Positions 1 to 12,400 of a stretch of DNA of 37,510 bases are shown piece after piece. Below the pieces are notes generated by a model, which was not told the origin of the DNA, made no database searches, and worked only from the letters and a program-made list of their open reading frames with translations. The stretch comes from Rozella allomycis CSF55. Its lineage: Eukaryota. Position 1 is the stretch's first letter; each line of letters starts with the position of its first letter. A program made the position numbers and the translations under genes. Location of the stretch: positions 1 to 37,510 of the forward strand of contig KE560703.1 of NCBI GenBank assembly GCA_000442015.1, written 5' to 3'.

Positions 1-189
1 TAACAAAAATTCTCCTGAACCAAGCTTCATATATAGTCAAAGAACTATATTTGGAAACAGAACACTATTTTTACTATTGAAAAATCCAAATAGGAGATCA
101 TATAAGATTTATAGACTAGTATAATCATACGCGTTTCGCTCAATGATCTGTGCTACCAATTTAAAAGTTCATCTTCTATCTCATTCCTG

Positions 190-860
190 AATAAATAGAC
201 ATGAGAAGTTTTCGAATTTTCTCAAGTTCGGCCCCTATATGATAGCCAGTTAGCCACATGAATCAGGAAATGCAACTTTTGTACAATCAAGCCTGGTTAA
301 ATCCGGATTCAAGCATTACTGTCTCATTAGATGAAACAACATGGGAGGGCCACAGAAGATTCTTGGTTTACATATGTAATGAGTAATTTTCAGTTTGTGT
401 CTGCCGACTGCCGGTAAAGAAGAAGGTTTGAAGGTTTGGCAACCCCAAAATCATTTATTAAAAGTTTCTGTTGTGAATTGAAAGGAATAGAGGGGAAACG
501 TTCCGCTTTTGATGGCGGTTTCTGACCTGGTGCAGTTGTAGTTGTAGCACAATCTCATCTGAAACCCTTCTTTATTTCCTAAGATTTGAATGTTCAATCT
601 TTCATGTCCAATGTCCACGATTGGGCTAAAGAAATTTACTCCCTAACTATTGAGCGTATTCATCGGGACAATCGTCAAGACAAGGCATAGTTGGGGAATT
701 ATTATCCAGATGCGTAACAATGGACCAGTGACGACTAATAAAGTTGATTGACCGTTGTTAACTGGTTTAAGTATTTTTAAAAACCTTGTTAAACAAAAAC
801 AGTACAGGGATACATTATGCATTGTATACTACAAAATGCGTTCTTTATTTGCTTTTTTCT
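190..860 (+). mobile_element. Possible degenerate piggyBac-like (DDE_Tnp_1_7-type) transposase relic
   Basis: Broken + strand frames give, in order, QVRPLYD (~223), LYNQAWLNPDSSITVSLDE (~277-335), LPTAGKEEGLKVW (~401-439), AFDGGF (~505), NKVD (~738) and CILQNAFFI (~823). These resemble the piggyBac motifs KIRPL, SIDE, KPxKxGxKxW, DN, GGVD and NAxI. Many stops and frameshifts; no TIR or TTAA target duplication identified. Recognised by eye only. Confidence 0.4.
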
Positions 861-1061
861 GGCACAGTATCTTATTTGTAATCCCTGTCTCGTCAGTCGT
901 CATTGCATGAATGACTTGATCAGTAAATTTCATTAATGTTTATTTCTAAACTCTCATCCATGTTTCATTTCAAAAGAACCATACTATTTTGTCAGCTTGC
1001 ATCACGCCTCCAAAGAGCATATTTCACGAATGGACCCTGGCCATCTAAGAATTTTATTTTT

Positions 1062-3340
1062 ATGGAGTTTGCCAAGGCGTTTGTCGAGTGTCATTACAGC
1101 AAAGAGTAAAATAGCGATAAATGTTGAATAGGCTAAAGGACAGTTCTCTTGAGAGTTTGGTTGGTGGGATCCCTGTGCGATACACTAATTTGGAGGCAGC
1201 CAAGATAAAGGACTGGCTAGTTTATGCTATAAAATTGAGTGAGACTAAAGAATTCAAAGATTTCCACGGTATGTTGGTTGATCTTGATAGACATTTGAAG
1301 TTTTATTCGTTTGTCGCGTTGGAAGAGATTAGTCTTCCGGATATTATTATTTTCGGGGTTATTAAGGGATGCGGAAAAAAGTTTGATCGTGGCCAGTTTG
1401 ACAATATTAGCCGCTGGTATGACTGGATGGCTGAATGTAAAGCTACCAAGGATGCTGCTGAGCTTTTGAAGAAGAGTTCGAATGGCAAGGCAAAGGACCA
1501 AGGAAAATTTGATATTGACTTGGCTGGCGCAGAGTTTGGAAAGGTGGTGACAAGATTCCCGCCTGAGCCATCAGGATACTTGCACATCGGACATGCCAAG
1601 GCTGCATTGTTGAATGAGTATTTTGCACATAGATATGGAGGTGAGTTGATTGTGAGATTTGACGATACGAATCCATCAAAGGAAAAGTGTGAATTTGAGG
1701 AATCTATTTTGGAAGATTTGACACTGTTGGGAGTGAAACATGATAGATTTTCGCATACATCTGACTATTTCGAGGATATGATTAAATTTGCTGAACAGTT
1801 GATTAAGCAAGGAGACGCGTATGTTGATGATACAGTTCAAGAGAAAATGAGAGAAGAGAGAATGAATGGAGTTGCTAGCAAGTGTAGAGACTTGAGTGTT
1901 GAAGAGAATTTGAGAGTATTTGAGGAAATGAAAAAGGCTAGTGAAGAAGGAATGAAGTATTGTTTGAGAGCCAAGATGAGTGTTGATGCGAAGAATAAAG
2001 CGTTGAGAGATCCAGTTATTTATAGAATCAATTTGCAGCCCCATCATAGAACAGGAAGTAAATGGAAAGTGTATCCTACTTATGACTTTGCATGTCCAAT
2101 AGTTGATAGTGTGGAAGGAGTGACGCATGCATTGAGAACAAATGAGTATCATGATAGAAATGATCAATATTATTGGTTTATTGAGAAATTGGGATTGAGA
2201 AAGCCGTTTATTTGGGATTACAGTAGAATAAATTTTGAATTTACTTTGCTTTCCAAGAGAAAGTTGACTTGGTTTGTTAATGAGAAGCACGTTGAGGGAT
2301 GGCATGATCCAAGATTTCCAACTGTTAGAGGAATAAGAAGAAGGGGAATGACTATTGAAGCATTGAAGGAATACATTTTAATGCAAGGTGCTTCAAAGAA
2401 CACATTGTTATTGAAGTGGGATAAGATTTGGGCTATTAATAAACAAAAGATTGATCCAATTGCTCCAAGACACACAGCGATTGAAAATGATTCAGTTGTT
2501 GCTAGAATAAGAGGCAATGTTATGAATTATTCCAAGGAAGTTTTAAAGCACAAGAAGAATCCAGAATTAGGATTCAAAACGACTGAATTTTCCAATGAAA
2601 TTTTAATTGATAAAGTTGATGTTGAAACATTCGAGTTGAATGAAGAAATAACTTTGATGGATTGGGGCAACGCCTTTGTTAGAAATTTGAGTCCATTAGA
2701 ATTAGAATTGCATTTAGAAGGAGATTTCAAAAAGACAAAGAAGAAAGTAACTTGGTTATCAAAATCAAAGAATCTGATTCCCGTTGAATTGAAAGATTTT
2801 GATTTCTTGGTTTCAAAGCCTAAATTGGAAGAAGAAGATTCATTTGAAGATTGTCTTGTTAAAGAAACTGAGTTTACAACGCTTGGACTTGCTGATGCTA
2901 ATGTTAAAGATTTGAAAAAGGGCGATATTATTCAGTTGGAGAGAAGAGGCTTTTTTATTGTTGATAAGCCTTTTGATGGCAATTCAGTTTGTTTTATTTT
3001 GATTCCAGATGGAAAGCCTCAATCTACTATGCCAAGGGGTTATGTTGAACCAAAGAAACCTGAAGTAAAGAAGAAGCAAGAAGGAAAGAAAGACTCTAAG
3101 AAACAAGAAGGAAACAAGGAATCAAAGGAAGCACCAAATAAGAACTCTAACAAGGAATCAAAGGAATCCAATAACAAGAACTCTAACAAGGAATCAAATT
3201 CAAAAAAGGAAGTAAAAAAAGAAGAAGAACAAGTGAAATCTGGAATGTATCAGCTGAGTCCATTCATTAAAGAGAGTGATTATTCATTCAATATGGATGA
3301 ATTGAAGAAAGTAGTTTACGATTTGAAACCTTTACATTAA
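1062..3340 (+). CDS. GUS1: Cytoplasmic glutamyl-tRNA synthetase with N-terminal GST-like domain
   Basis: Motifs TRFPPEPSGYLHIGHAKA (HIGH), RFDDTNP and LLSKRKL (KMSKS-equivalent). A likely true ATG at 1062 plus a 26-nt intron at 1106-1131 joins the ORF-track frame (MEFAKAFVECHYSKE|LKDSS). Confidence 0.95.
3113..3198 (+). repeat. 36-bp coding tandem repeat (about 2.4 copies) in the Lys/Glu/Asn/Ser-rich GluRS C-terminal linker
   Basis: AACAAGGAATCAAAGGAA occurs at 3113 and 3149; AAGAACTCTAACAAGGAATCAAA occurs at 3140 and 3176. Confidence 0.8.
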
Positions 3341-3426
3341 TAAAATGCTTTAACTATTATTTTACTTTAAACATAATTTATTTATATTAATAATTTCACA
3401 AACATAATTTATTTAACTATAATGGA

Positions 3427-6400
3427 CTAAATGTTTGAAGCAAGAAGAGCGACACCATTTTGATAGAATGAATCAAAGCTTCCATCAGCAGGCAAATAAA
3501 CAACACAAATCAGTTCACTTCTGCTATTATCTCTGTACAATGGAACCTTGAGTTTATCGATGCAAGAATTATCATCACAAACCCAATCAACATAACTGTG
3601 AGGAACCAAATTCATTAATTCATTAGCCACTGAAATAGATCCATTTTGATTCACTTTGGCTCCAGAAAGATACAAATCTATTTATTAAACATTAAATATA
3701 TTTACTTGAAATGACTAGCGAATCATTTGATGGAATAAAGCTGAAATTCAAGCATAAATTTTCAAGAGAAACATTTAATTTCTTTGCGTATAATTGCCTT
3801 GAAGCAGTGAGGAACGCTTGAGGGTTGAAAAGACATCCAAAATCAATTTGCATCGTTTCATTCAAATTAGAAAAGTAAATGAATCTAGAGTTTAAATTAT
3901 TCAAGAATTTATCAAGAGAAATATTCTGAATTGGAAACATTTTCCATTCTAGTGGGATTTCAGCTGCATTGAAACAATTCAATAAAAATCTAGTTCTGTT
4001 TGTGTGTTTATCTTTTCTATCTAAAACTAATTTTAAACTATTCAAATCAAAAACAATTAAAGACAAAAGAGAATTACAAGTTTCAATTTGTCTATTAATA
4101 AAAGTTTCAATTGGATTTGAAGATTTGATTGATTTAATTTTGATATTTGAGAATTTGGTTAGATAATCGCTGATAGATTTGTAGATTGAATGGTTAGATT
4201 TAATTTGATCAGAATCTTCTTCTTCTTGCAACAAATTTGATAATTTTTTAACATTTTTAAAGATTGAATCTAGTTGGGATTTTAACATTGCAGTTTCAGC
4301 AAAGGGAGACAGACCAAGCAGAAGTGGATTTGTTGAATCTTTTAATTGATCAATCCAATCAAGATAATTTCTTCTTGGAATTTGAAGATTAAAAGTTAAA
4401 TATGAATCTGGTTGAAACATTTTAGGATTGAATAAATTAGATATAAAGGAATTGATGATTATTGAATCAAATTCATTATCAACTTTACCACCATAAACAA
4501 TTGAAGAGAGAATAGATTTAATTGAATCAAATGGAATTGAATTTGGATCAATGTTTGTTTTATTCTTGGCAATTTTATTAATTGAATTATTTATTAATTT
4601 AATAGCAAAATCATAATCAGAATCATTGAATTCATAATTCTTTGAGAAACCAATTGGAACATACAACAATCTCTCTTCAATAACAGATTGAAACCAAGAT
4701 AATAGAAATATCAATGTGTGTTTTTCAATTGGATTTGTAAAATGTTTTTCTTTGATTGTTGAATACAATGCAGCTTTAATTCCTGGTGGAGATTCAATCA
4801 AAACAATTCTCGAAATTCTAATTAATGAAACTGGAATTTTATTATTTTCAAATTGATTTAAATTGCATGTCATGAAAAGTTTACTTGATTTTGATTTAAA
4901 TGACAATTTTCTTTCCAATGTAGACAACCAATTAGAACAATGATGAATATTCTTCAACAATGTCCAATCTCCAGTAAAAGAAGAATTTAAAATTGATTTT
5001 TCTGCCAATTGAAATCCTTCATTTGATCCCATCGCTATCGTTGAAAGTTTAACGTTATTTTCATTGGCTAAATTTTCTATTCTATTAGATGCATCCATTC
5101 CCTTTGAACAAACTATTAAATAGATTTGATAATCTTCTTTAATACATTCACTTAAAATATCTTGTTTTTTATTATAAATTGAACATTTTAAATATTTTTC
5201 AATAAAATTTGAAATTTCAATCAACGCTTTTTCTGGTTTTGTAAATTTCATTTTTATTAATTCTGAAATTTCCTTTTCTATTTCTGAATTTTCCAAATTG
5301 TCTTTTTCATTCAACAAGAGTTTAATCAGCTCCACTCTTTCCCTTTTTAAATCTATTCCACTTTCAAATAATTCAAATTTGATTCCAGTTAACATTAACG
5401 CAAACAACACTTGATCATTAAAGGTCAAAGACTTGTAACATTTCTCATAAACTAACTGAAATAAATAATCTTTCAAATATTCAATTTTATCACCAGAATA
5501 TTCAACTTTAATAGCTTGAGAATAAATAGATTTAAAGAATTGAATAGAAAATTGATAAAAATGATTCAAACTCTCCATCTTTTCCATTAGAAAATAAATA
5601 CTAGATGCACATTTAGCAATTGGCAAATATTTCATAGTAATTGAATCAACTTGGTTCATAATAAAATCAGATTCATCATATTTTATTGTAATCTCTTTCA
5701 CTTGGTTCTTCAAATCTTCCAAAGAATCAATCAACTTATCATTATCAAGAATACTGCCTTGTGAATCATTCAAAGTCTGCAATAACTTCTTTTCTAAATT
5801 TCTCAAAACTAATTGATATTCCCCTTGCAGTTTCAAAATATCATTTCTCTTCTTTTCCATTTCTGGTTGTTCAGTCATCATTAGTTCATTCAAACATTGA
5901 GATTGCAAACTGGATTTGGTTACAGTGAAATTGGCAAACGTTACTCTGCTAGAAACATCTGGAGTAAACTTAAACGTTGGATCTCTAGTTATTAAATATA
6001 GTTGAAATGTCGGTGAGAAATCAATATCCTGATTACCTAATCTTACATTTAAACTGTTTAATTACCTAATATTAACTACAAACATTATATTTACCTATTC
6101 TAACAAGTACCCTTCCACCCGCTCTCTTATACTCTCTATTCAACAATGGATTAATAATAGGATCAATCATCTCAACATCTTCAACCACCAACGTATTCCC
6201 AAATCTAACACAACTCTCCAATGTCTTGACAAACGATTCATCCATAAAACTAGTAACATTCACATTCTGATTCAAATCACAAATCAGTTTCATCCCCTGG
6301 CCACTCGGATCAATAATCAATGGGTATCTCTTATGTCTCTTCATTATAATAGCATTCTCAATTGACACTTCATCATCAATTAAACTCTCCTTCCACTTCA

Positions 6401-9400
6401 TCCTCTCATCAACCAAACTCAAATACTCGCTAAAACTAAAATAATCTTTAAACACAATTCCAATCATCTTCATCACCCTCTTGCACTCTTTAAATATCTC
6501 TATTCTGTAATGCTGGTCATAATATCCATAATAACTCAACATCACACTAGACAGAAACACATCCCCTGATATAGTTTGCATTTGATTACCAAAATTTCTA
6601 CTCGTCTCTTCCCACCTCATCTTCTCTGATCCCAAATTGTCAATCAATTTCACAGATCTATCAACTCTAACTTGCACATTCTCCATTTCCTCTTTAATCT
6701 TTTGCGTCTCACTAATCAAAATGGCATATTCTTCTTTAATCACAGAAATATTAGACTCTAAATTCAATATTCTCTCTTCCATTTCATTAAACACTTTCCT
6801 AGTTTCATTTGCTTTTGATTCCAATTGCTCAACTTGGTTTCTCAATGGGCCAACTTTTTCTAAAATATCAGCAAAACTAATCTGCGCAATAACCCAACTG
6901 ACAAGGGGCCCACACGCTTTACTCGCTCTATTAACAGTTTCAAAATTAAACTGGGCATTATTCAAATACTCTCTTGATATCTTTTCTTTAATAATACTAG
7001 TTAAATGTTTATCTGTATCGAAATGTACAATAGAATTAATGAAATCATCTCTTCTTAGCACAGTTTGAACACTCTTCCATGAATCAACTTGATGCCCAAG
7101 TAGAATACAAACCGCCTCCATTGTCAATTTGACTGGATCTGGTGGATTTCCCATTGATCTCACTTCAGTCAATTGCTGCTTCTTTATATTGCTCACATTT
7201 TGTTTCGCTTCAATCACTGCAGGCTCAACCAGACTCAATTCTTCCATAACAAGTCTAGTTTGATTTTCAATGATCAATTGCTGTTGTTCCATTTCCTTCT
7301 TTATCACCAAACTCTTGGCTCTCTCTGATTCAGCTTCTTGCTGTTCTTTAACCATTCTCTGCAACTTTTCATTAGCTTCTCTATTCTTAATCTCCAACTG
7401 AATCTTCTTTTCTGCCAACTCTTTTTTCAACTCGGCAACCTTTTCAACAGTTTCAACTAGTTTATCTAATCCAACATTAACATGTCGTTGTTGATCTTCC
7501 AACTCTCCCCTCTTTTCATTGTACAGTTGAATGTAATGGTTCAATGATTCAACAAAATGTCTAGGCGTAATAAACATTTGCCTATTAAACAACTTGCAAT
7601 AATTTTTATTCATCTTTTTTATATAATTATGCACATGAACAAATATCAAAGCAATTTGGTAATACTTTGAATCAAAATTATACTTGATAATCTCCAAATC
7701 TTCAATCAACAAACTATCAACTAGAATTAAACAATAAAGAATTTCTTACAATTCCAAGTCAGAGCTTTATCATTTGAACTATTCAAATCCAATTTATTAA
7801 GAAATTCTAAGGCAACTTGAAACAATGAATTAGAGTTCCAATCACCAAACCAATCCAACACACATCTATTAAACAATGCAGGTGACGTTGAAGCTTTATT
7901 GTTATCTTCGCTTGGATTCATTGTAAACACAACATGCAAATTCAACATTATTTGATACGTAAACCATTTATACAATTCATCATGATTATCCAGCATTTGA
8001 CCTTGCTTTTGTGACGCTTCTTTAATCATTAACATTAATGAAGAGTATTCATCATCTTTAAATAACCCTGGTATCTCTGCATTAGCTAAAAGTGTATTAA
8101 TTCTTTCTAAAAATCCAGAATCTAAAACATTTGATTCATCAATGATAAAACAAATCTTTTCTCCTTTGCATCCACAGCGTTTCAAAATAGTTTTCAAATC
8201 TTCATCAAAATCTTCCATTTTGTATTTATTATGAACTTTCAATTGAACTATATTTAACCCATTCATCCACGCCACAAATTTAGACAATGTTGTTTTACCT
8301 TTTCATGAATAATATAAAGACTTACCACTTCCACTTGTTCCAATTAACAATAAATGACCTTGAATCTGTTTAAATACTCTATCAATTCTCAATACATGTT
8401 CCAAAACATCATCAAACAACACAATTGGAACATCCAACTCTTCTTCATAAAACACTTTCAATCTAGCTTTAACAAATTCTTTCAATTCTCTTCTTTCAAC
8501 TGAAATGTAATTCTTATTCAACCAATTAGAAAACAATATTGGTCTACTCAATGCTTTTTCATAATCAAAATTCTTGAAATTGTTTCTAGCCACTTGATCT
8601 ATTGTTTTATCAATCCATTCTCTTTCTTCTTTTCTGGTTAATCTATCACTAAACAATCTAATTCCTTCATGTGCCCAAATCCCTTTTAATATGTGACTAA
8701 TGTTGTTATTACTTGTGAGCATTTCCAATGTAACAAACTCCAATGGTTTAATACACTCATAAATACCTATCTTTATTCTAATGATTATTAATTACCTAAA
8801 TTGATTTAAACAATTTAAATTACCCCTCATCCATCTAGTTAATTCTCTGGGCGAGTAAATGTAATGATCTTGCACATTATCAGCTCCATTCTCACCTTGA
8901 CCATTCTCAACTACATTAATAGTAAACTTATTCTGATTCAACTCATAAAACTCAATCATAGCATCAGTCAGCGCATCCACATACATTCTCAAATTAGGAA
9001 TCATTTTCAACATGGATCTATTAAACGTGCCATAAATCTGCTTCAAACTAAATCTCTGCGGATACCCAACATACAACAACGGCGTATGTCTCAGAAACCT
9101 AATGGACAATGGCTTTCTACCTGTATCAGTCGGCGGGTTGCATGCACCTACAAATTGTATTCTTTCAATCCTTATAAACTGCTTGTCACTGGATCTCCAG
9201 AACCCACCTTGTTCAATCAGCTGACGCAGAAATGAAATAACTCGCTGCGTTCCATAGTCATCCTTGTTGGGTAGATTTATTTCATCGCAAAAGAGAATAA
9301 TCCATTGCCCTTCAGATGGAGGTGATAGAATTATTCCTTGGCTTGTCTTTCTGTATTCACAGTATTGCTCCAATGTTTTCAATATCATTTTTGGCAATGT

Positions 9401-12400
9401 TGCACTGCTGAAATTTAATGGAATCATTTGTATTTCTGGTAATTTTCTCAAAGCACTAAACAAGCACATTGTTTTTCCACTTCCTTTCATTAAGAGAATA
9501 ACCTTTTTGTACCTATGTTATTCCAAACTAATACAAATTACCTGGTGGACCACATAAAATGATTGGCTTATGCTCACTTAACCAAGAATACAATAAATCT
9601 TCATGCCTAATTGTATCAACAGTTGGAATAATAACATCCGCCTGCGACACCTTTTGTGTATCAACTTCAATTAATGGAACTTTGGTCTTCCAATACACCC
9701 ATTCACCCAATGGCAAACTACAATCAAATTCAATTAAATTATCTTCTGGTATTTCAATAATCGTAATCTTTTTCAAATATTCAAACAATTCATTTCTATT
9801 TTTAGAATCACCAACAAAACTCCACCTAAATTCAAACTGAAGAATTTAAATTTACATTAAAGAGATTAATAACTTTCTTTGAATGTATTTTTCCAATGTT
9901 TCTCTTGGCAAACTCATTTCATTTTGATAATTATAGATTAATACATTTCTAATACTCTTTTGAATTAAACCAAATAAAGTTTCAATCATTCTAATTTTTG
10001 ATATTTCCATAATATGATCCAAACTAGAACTTTTCTCCAACAATTTTGTTATCAATCCATCTTTAATAAAATATGGCGATAATATCTCAACACATTCTCT
10101 CTGCGTCTTTAAAATTGTTTCTTTATTAGTTTCTTCTAAATCATCTAAACATTTATTATTCAATTTATTAAAGAAATATTCATAAATGATATTCAATGGA
10201 ATAATTTCATCTGAATGGAAAATCATTCCACATCTACTAATTGTTGCTGGCGTTGCATAATTCAAATTCTCTACTTCAAATATAATTCTCACATTAAATG
10301 GTAAAGCTAATCGTTCCCCATTCGGTAGAGTCAAAACCTTTTCATTTCAAATTAATTCTAATTACCTTGTTGTCATCCAGAACAGAATTCAAATTCTCAA
10401 CCCATTCAGGATCAACATCACCATCAAACACAATCCAATGTCTTTTATTCATTTCTCCTCTAACATTATTAATAATTCTTCTCAATAGACTTGTAAACAA
10501 TCCATCGTTCCATTCACGTGTAGTTAAATCTAATGTTCCATACAAATCTTCTTTATTAACAGACTTTGGATCAATCACATACGAAACACTTTCAATTCCA
10601 TCAAACTGTTCCATTGATCTCAACAATGTTTTCCAACAAGATGATTTACCAGACCCTGATGGCCCAACAATCATTATTCCATGATGAATCTTTTGTATTT
10701 GATACAACTGAATAATCTTTTGAATCCACAAATCATAAGGTTGATAAAATGATTCTTTTCCAACTTTCTTGACAATATTCAATAATTCATCCATATTGGT
10801 TGATGAATATTTAATATTTGGAAATACATTATCCAGCAATTCTTCAAGCAAAGGTACATCTTGTCCAACAATCTTTGGCATCACTGTTTCAACCAAACTC
10901 TGCAGCAGTATTTTCAATTCTAATTCTTTTAAATTTGCATTTGAATTTATTTCCTTTAATTCTTTGTCACCACTACTACTGTCTCGTTTGATGTTGCCAG
11001 AACACGTTAAACAATTCTTCAATGCTCTCAACCCAAAATCATAATGACTCTGTTTACTCAACTGTTCATCACACAACTGAAACAACAACGTAACTTTTCT
11101 AGCCAACATTTCAGCATATTTGAATCCTTGTGAATACAACATTACTTGCGATATCATTTGATTGTCTGGTCTGGTCATTGCAACACTCTTGAACAGTTTC
11201 TTTAAATTATCTGGCAATTCAGATCTACCCAAGTAGCCTGGATTCATTGTAATAAATATTCCTGTATTTCCATTCACAATTATTCTCTTATTCAGCAATT
11301 CAATTTCCAAACCATTTGAATAATTTAAGGGTTTCAAATTATTTCTCATTGAACTATCACTTTCCCTTTCTAATCTACCTTCCGTTTCTCCATCTCCTTC
11401 TTGTTCACTTCTGATACCTTTAAGACAATTCTGAATAACTTCCACTTGCTGACTAACAGCCGACAAAATTTCAGGCTTCAATCTATTAAACTCATCAAAA
11501 CACCCAAATCCACCCACTTTGCATAATCCAATAAAGATTCTCCCCATTGCTTGAAAATCAAAATTCTCATCACAACAAAACACAAGCACAAATCTGCCCA
11601 GATGGTGGCCAAGTGATTTAACACTCTCAGTCTTGCCAGTTCCAGCTGGACCAAATGGCGACGCACCCAGCCCAGCATCTAATGCTAGTGCCAAAGTTTG
11701 GAAACATTTATTGGTGAGTGGTGTTTTGACTAGTCTGTCACAGACACCGAGGTATTCCCATCCATAATAGAATTTAGAATTTATCATTTCAATTGATAGT
11801 GATTTTAATGGATTTGATTCATTTAAAGTGAAATAATATCTTAACTGACTTGACCATTCAAAGGAATCTAAAATGATAAGACCATTGGAGTCTGTTAATA
11901 AGCTTTTACAAATATCTCTTTGATAGACACATTCTATAATTAAATTTTCAACCTTCTTTCTCAACAATGTGGAAATGTCAGTTAATACAATTTCAGATAA
12001 TTTATTCAACAAGTCATTAATAAAGGAAACAATATTATTCAATGGCATTTTAGATTCAACATTTCTAGTAAATGCTATTTGAAGAGTGAGAATGATCAAC
12101 TGATCTGGAGTATCATTTATCCACTCCATGAAAGAATTTAGAAAAGAAGAATCTATTTGAAACGAAGAAATAAATTACTTTCACTTTTATTCTCCTTCAA
12201 ACTACCCCTTTCACTTATAATACCCATTTCACCTACTACTTTCTTGTTGAACTCAAGTAGTGAATCGTGTAGTTTATAAACTAGAGTTGAATTGACTTGC
12301 ACTTCCAATTCACTCAACCACTCTGTAACCTTTCTATTATAACCAATTGGCGATTTCAACTGAATGACTTCCCCTTGCTTTGATTGAATACCATGAATAG

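Noticed and set aside
1217-2730. Antisense ORFs inside GluRS, and similar ones inside dynein, CCT6, IFT74, Vps27 and ABCA
   Set aside because: These are shadow frames of conserved genes with biased codon use and no recognisable motifs.
3113-3198. CRISPR-like array
   Set aside because: It is an in-frame coding repeat in a eukaryotic gene, with no unique spacers or cas genes.
6037-9541. Classical stwintron ([D1,2] or [A2,3]) reading of the double introns
   Set aside because: Both units have complete GT and AG ends and abut each other; neither interrupts the other's splice site.
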